This document shows positions 59,828-64,000 of a stretch of DNA of 64,000 bases, one piece after another. Below the pieces are notes generated by a model. That model ran no database searches. It was not told the DNA's origin and saw only the letters and a program-made list of their open reading frames with translations. The DNA lies in NCBI GenBank assembly GCA_965601925.1, contig OZ271854.1, positions 3,200,001-3,264,000 on the forward strand, given 5' to 3'. The stretch comes from Alkalispirochaeta sp. (GTDB taxonomy: Bacteria > Spirochaetota > Spirochaetia > DSM-27196 > Alkalispirochaetaceae). Within the stretch, counting starts at the first letter, position 1. Every line of letters starts with the position of its first letter. The position numbers were made by a program, and so were the translations under genes.

Positions 59828-61618
59828 ATGACAGCTAAAGAACTACGCCGGAAGTACATCGATTTTTTTTCGCAGCACGGCCACGCGGAGATTTCGGGGA
59901 AATCGCTGATCCCCGAGAACGATCCGACCGTCCTGTTTACGACCGCCGGCATGCATCCCCTCGTTCCCTTCATTCTGGGAGAACCCCATCCCGCCGGAGC
60001 GCGCCTTACCGACGTGCAAAAGTGTATTCGAACCGGTGATATCGATGAGGTGGGCGACGAGAGCCACCTGACCTTCTTCGAGATGCTCGGAAACTGGTCG
60101 CTGGGCGACTACTTCAAGGAAGAGGCGATTCGCATGAGCTGGGAGTTTCTCACAAGCTCCCGGTGGTTGGGCATCGACCCGAATCTCATTTCGGTGACCG
60201 TCTTTGCCGGAGACGACGACGCGCCGCGGGACGAGGAGAGCGCCCGCGTGTGGGAGGAGGTCGGCGTTCCGAGGGAGCGGATCTACTTTCTCGGCAAAAA
60301 GGACAACTGGTGGGGACCTGCGGGGCAGACCGGACCGTGCGGCCCCGATACCGAGATGTTCATCGACACCGGTATTCCCGGAACGAGCGAGAGTCGGCCC
60401 GGCGTATCGGACGGAAAGTATCTCGAGATCTGGAACGACGTGTTCATGCAATACAACAAAAACGCCGACGGGACCTTTGCGCCGATGGAGCGCAGGTGCG
60501 TGGACACCGGTATGGGTGTGGAGCGCACCATCGCCGTTCTCCAGGGAAAGCGATCGGTGTACGATACCGAGGTCTTCCGACCCATTATCGCCGAGATCGA
60601 GGCGTTGACGGGTCGGACGTACGGACGGGATACCGACGACGATCGGTCGATTCGGATTATAGCCGACCACGTACGCACCGCGACGTTCATTTTGGGTGAC
60701 GAGAATCCCACCGTACCGTCCAACATGGCGCAGGGATACGTCCTGCGCCGCCTCATTCGCCGCGCCATGCGTCACGGGCGAAAGCTCGGTCTGGAAGGCG
60801 AGTTCCTCGTAAAACCGGCGCGGGTCGTTATCGAGACGTATCGCGACCCCTATACGCTCCTCAAGCGACAGGCCGAGACGATCATCGCCGAGATCGCCGC
60901 CGAGGAGGAGCGGTTCCTCAAGACGCTCCAGAACGGCGAACGAGAGTTCGAGAAGATGCTCCCCAACCTTCGGAAGGGAAATCGGGGCGAAATACCGGGA
61001 CGGTTGGCCTTCAAGCTCTATGATACCTACGGATTTCCCGTCGAGATCACCGAGGAACTTGCCGCTGAACACGGACTCACGGTCGACCACGACGGGTTTG
61101 AGAAGGCCTTTGAGAAGCACCGCGAAAAGTCGAAGCTCGACGCGAACCAGACCTTCAAGGGCGGACTCGCCGACCATTCGGAGAAGACGACGGCCCTCCA
61201 CACCGCCACGCATCTCATGCACCAAGCGCTTCGCGATGTGTTGGGCGACCACGTATCGCAAAAGGGGAGTAACATCACCGTCGAGCGCCTACGCTTCGAT
61301 TTTTCGCACCCCGAGAAGATGTCGTCGGAGGAGATCGAGCGCGTCGAGGCGATTGTCAACGACAAGATCAAAGACGACCTCTCCGTCACGATGAAGACCG
61401 AGACTCTCGAGGAGGCCAAGGCCGAAGGAGCACTCGCCTTTTTTGGAGATCGCTACGACGAAGTGGTGAAGGTGTACTCCATCGGTGACTATTCCAAGGA
61501 GGTATGCGGCGGCCCGCACGTGGAACACACCGGTGTATTGGGGCGATTCCGAATCCTCAAAGAGCAGTCGTCCTCTCAAGGAGTGCGCCGGATCAAGGCG
61601 GTACTCGAGGACGCGTAG
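59828..61618 (+). CDS. alaS: Alanine--tRNA ligase (short form, no C-Ala domain)
   Basis: LFTTAGM, QKCIR, FFEMLGNWS, EIWNDVF, DTGMGVER, HTATH, CGGPH; promoter TTGACC-17 bp-TATCAT at 59790-59818. Confidence 0.97.
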   Translation: MTAKELRRKYIDFFSQHGHAEISGKSLIPENDPTVLFTTAGMHPLVPFILGEPHPAGARLTDVQKCIRTGDIDEVGDESHLTFFEMLGNWSLGDYFKEEAIRMSWEFLTSSRWLGIDPNLISVTVFAGDDDAPRDEESARVWEEVGVPRERIYFLGKKDNWWGPAGQTGPCGPDTEMFIDTGIPGTSESRPGVSDGKYLEIWNDVFMQYNKNADGTFAPMERRCVDTGMGVERTIAVLQGKRSVYDTEVFRPIIAEIEALTGRTYGRDTDDDRSIRIIADHVRTATFILGDENPTVPSNMAQGYVLRRLIRRAMRHGRKLGLEGEFLVKPARVVIETYRDPYTLLKRQAETIIAEIAAEEERFLKTLQNGEREFEKMLPNLRKGNRGEIPGRLAFKLYDTYGFPVEITEELAAEHGLTVDHDGFEKAFEKHREKSKLDANQTFKGGLADHSEKTTALHTATHLMHQALRDVLGDHVSQKGSNITVERLRFDFSHPEKMSSEEIERVEAIVNDKIKDDLSVTMKTETLEEAKAEGALAFFGDRYDEVVKVYSIGDYSKEVCGGPHVEHTGVLGRFRILKEQSSSQGVRRIKAVLEDA

Positions 61619-61621
61619 CGT

Positions 61622-62035
61622 CTAATCGTCCGACGGAGCGCGGCGTTGTTGTTTGCGCTGAGCGCGCGCGCGCTTCTGTCGGAGGCGACGCTCGTGAGCC
61701 GCCTTTCCCGCTCGGGTGGGGCGGCGTTTCCGTATCGGGCGTCGAGCGCTCTCGATGAGTGTCACGGCTCGCTCCACGGCGCGTTCGCGGTTGCGATGCT
61801 GGCTCCGCGTTTCGGTGGCGCGCACCACCAGCTCGCCCTCACGATTAATCCGCCCCGCCAGCCGCGTGCGAACGCGCTCGGTCTCCTCCTCCGACAGACG
61901 CAGGTCGCGGATGAGAACGTGGAGCGTCACTCCGGTGTTCACTTTATTGACGTTCTGTCCCCCCGGCCCCGCCGAGCGAGAGAAGCGTTCGGTCGCAATG
62001 ATGCGAATCGTGCGGGCGAGTTCTGCGCTGGTCAT
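61622..62035 (-). CDS. arfB: Alternative ribosome rescue factor B
   Basis: GPGGQNVNKV, RSQ.RN, basic tail RRPTR. Confidence 0.94.
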   Translation of the reverse strand: MTSAELARTIRIIATERFSRSAGPGGQNVNKVNTGVTLHVLIRDLRLSEEETERVRTRLAGRINREGELVVRATETRSQHRNRERAVERAVTLIESARRPIRKRRPTRAGKAAHERRLRQKRARAQRKQQRRAPSDD

Positions 62036-62170
62036 GTCGTAAGGTTATCACGTTGTTCCCGCGTCTCGGGACGGGCGCTACTTTCGGCCCAAAAGGGCCT
62101 GCCGAGCGGGGATGCGTGGACGTCCGGTCCCTCCATTGATAGCACGCACAGGGGAGACGCGCCCGAAGTG

Positions 62171-63265
62171 CTACAACAGCTCTCTGAGTTCCGCGATTTT
62201 GCGTTGGACGATCCGCCCGGGGGTGCGCGCGCCCTGCACGTATCGCGAGAGGACCGCAAGCGCCTCGGGGATACGTTTTTGATCCTCGTAACAGCTCGCC
62301 AACTCGATAAAGACGCGCGTGTTCTCGGGGTCGGACTGCGCAAGATCCTCCAACGCCGCGATCGCTTCGTCGTAACGGCCTTGGAGGCGGTGAATGATCG
62401 CAAGGCCCAGAATCGCGTACAGATCGTATTGCAGATTGAGCGCTTCGCGATAGTGCGTTTCCGCCTCGTCGAAGCACTGCATTGCACGATACGCATCGCC
62501 GATGCGCGTCAGAATCACCTTGTTCTTGGGATCGAGCTCGAGAATCTGCTTCCAATAGACGAGCGACTCTTCGGGACGCTGGAGGCCGCGATAGCAATCG
62601 GCGAGGCCGAAGAGAGCGTAGAAGTTGCGCGGTTCTCGTTTGAGGGCCGACTCGAAGTAAGGGATACCCTTATCGAACGATTTCAGTTTGCGGCAGCAGT
62701 TCCCGAGGGAGGTCAGTACTCTGATGTCTACCTTGTCCCCCGAGATTTCGTGCATGCGCTCCCAGTAGTAGCGTGCCGAGTGGTAGTCTTTGAAGTCGTA
62801 GTGCAGGTGGCCGAGCCCGATCAACGCGTATGCGTTGTCCGATTCGATCTCCAGAACGTGATGGTACAGACTGCGAGAGCGCTCAAAGTTACGCGCCTTG
62901 CGGTACACGTCGGCGACGCGGGTGAGAACCGTCACGTTTTGATCGTCGTGTTTGAGATATTGCTCCCATACTTCGATCGCGCGATTGTATCTTCTCAAGG
63001 CTCGATAGCTCTCCGCTAAGCCGAACAGGGCGTAGTTATTGTCGGGATGGTGCTCGAGACAGTGCTCGTAGTACACGACCGCCTTCTCGAAGTTGTGCTC
63101 CTTGCGTTCCAAGTCACCCAAGCCGACCAGGGCGTAGTTGTTGTTCGGGTCTTCCTGGAGGATCTCCTGAAACTTATCACGCGCCGCTTTTATCATATTC
63201 TCTCTCAGCAGCTGGTAGCCTTGCTGCGAAAGCAAGGAAAGCCGCTCTTTCTGTTGTTCCGTCAT
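62171..63265 (-). CDS. Tetratricopeptide repeat protein
   Basis: About 10 repeats of the PxNxYALxGL type. Confidence 0.9.
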   Translation of the reverse strand: MTEQQKERLSLLSQQGYQLLRENMIKAARDKFQEILQEDPNNNYALVGLGDLERKEHNFEKAVVYYEHCLEHHPDNNYALFGLAESYRALRRYNRAIEVWEQYLKHDDQNVTVLTRVADVYRKARNFERSRSLYHHVLEIESDNAYALIGLGHLHYDFKDYHSARYYWERMHEISGDKVDIRVLTSLGNCCRKLKSFDKGIPYFESALKREPRNFYALFGLADCYRGLQRPEESLVYWKQILELDPKNKVILTRIGDAYRAMQCFDEAETHYREALNLQYDLYAILGLAIIHRLQGRYDEAIAALEDLAQSDPENTRVFIELASCYEDQKRIPEALAVLSRYVQGARTPGRIVQRKIAELRELL

Positions 63266-63282
63266 AGCTTTGCCGATTGCCG

Positions 63283-63615
63283 TCACCGGTCTTCTTGAAG
63301 CCATCGACGAATGACTCCGGCCATCTTCTCGGCCATTTGGGCAACTCTCCGCGAGTCGCCGGCGACCCAGAACATTCTAAAGGCCTCCAACGGTTCGCCC
63401 GCGCCCAAATAGTGGTCTCCGAGCCGAATGAGTCCGTCGGAGTACCGGACGGTCAGAAATATTCGTTTGGCATTGACTAGATCCCGGCTGTTGAAAAACT
63501 CGTTTCCTTTCCTGATCAGCGCCGCCCGCTGAGGCTTGGTGATGTTATTGCCGTCGGCTGTGCTTACTTTGAGAAAACCGGTGGAGGATGTTCCGACGTC
63601 GTGAGTCTTAGCCAC
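63283..63615 (-). CDS. Hypothetical protein (TPR-like)
   Basis: 110-aa ORF in operon context; LIRKGNEFFN...DGLIRLGD. Confidence 0.7.
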   Translation of the reverse strand: MAKTHDVGTSSTGFLKVSTADGNNITKPQRAALIRKGNEFFNSRDLVNAKRIFLTVRYSDGLIRLGDHYLGAGEPLEAFRMFWVAGDSRRVAQMAEKMAGVIRRWLQEDR

Positions 63616-63632
63616 CGAATCTCTCCCGTCTG

Positions 63633-64000
63633 CTACAATACCGACGCCAACCGGTGAACGAACGCATCAACTATCTGGTAATGATACTTGTAGAATGCGG
63701 GATTGGCAACGAGACGTACCTCCGTTTCTCCCAGCGTCTCTTTGACTTCCAAGTTGTGGGCGCGGAGTGTGCTCCCGGTCTCCACTAAGTCCACAATATA
63801 CGGTGCGAGGCCCAACACCGGCGCCAGCTCCACCGAACCGTCCAGACGGATTACCTCGACGGGAATGCCTCGCGTATGGAAGTAGTCGCGAGAGAATCGC
63901 GTGAACTTACTGGCAACCGTCAGCGAGGTGGCCTCGCGGTGATCCGCCTCATCGTCCTTGCGCCCGGCCAGGCAGATGCGCGTCTTACCGAACGGAAGCT
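63633..64000 (-). CDS. hisG: ATP phosphoribosyltransferase, short form (5' end outside the window)
   Basis: VASKF, GSVELAP..GLA..IVDLVETGSTL..HNL; no C-terminal regulatory domain. Confidence 0.92.
   Translation of the reverse strand, partial: LPFGKTRICLAGRKDDEADHREATSLTVASKFTRFSRDYFHTRGIPVEVIRLDGSVELAPVLGLAPYIVDLVETGSTLRAHNLEVKETLGETEVRLVANPAFYKYHYQIVDAFVHRLASVL

Noticed and set aside
59843..63019. Long alternative ORFs 59843-61261 (-) and 61646-63019 (+)
   Set aside because: Antisense shadows of alaS and arfB/TPR in GC-rich DNA; no motifs
1..64000. CRISPR arrays, tRNA/rRNA genes, IS elements
   Set aside because: No spaced repeats, cloverleaf or rRNA signatures, or transposase motifs seen by eye

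Overview
GC-rich bacterial chromosome segment, most likely from a free-living spirochaete. The inference rests on 'FAAGxQE' binding-protein N-termini, a ~600-aa short AlaRS and a stand-alone FliG paralogue. Left to right: (1) 0.9-11.2 kb, a catabolic cluster with a split transketolase, 2-hydroxyacid dehydrogenase, TTT transporter, two GntR regulators, a BKACE enzyme and a TIM-barrel isomerase, linked by a repeated TTGTATACAA operator; (2) 11.3-16.2 kb, PII-like + PTS-IIA + an MrpA-less Mrp antiporter in MbhA-H order; (3) 16.3-21.6 kb, a stressosome (RsbR/S/T) with a PP2C-histidine kinase fusion and a REC-PAS-GGDEF*-EAL output; (4) aat, a ring-cleaving dioxygenase and LacI-araA/araBD; (5) 28.7-44.4 kb, a mosaic accessory region with gene remnants; (6) chvE-gguAB, sharing an operator with the ara locus; (7) cysE-cysK preceded by an unannotated polycysteine leader ORF; (8) two HisKA_2 kinases, XRE, an orphan DNA methyltransferase, an ABC-2 exporter, fliG, alaS, arfB, a TPR gene and partial hisG. 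I saw no tRNA, rRNA, CRISPR array or transposase. Top hits are the candidate cysteine-sensing leader peptide (48528-48704), an erm-like translational attenuator before a methyltransferase (37300-37550) and the stressosome fusion. Family assignments come from motif recognition only; no database searches were run.
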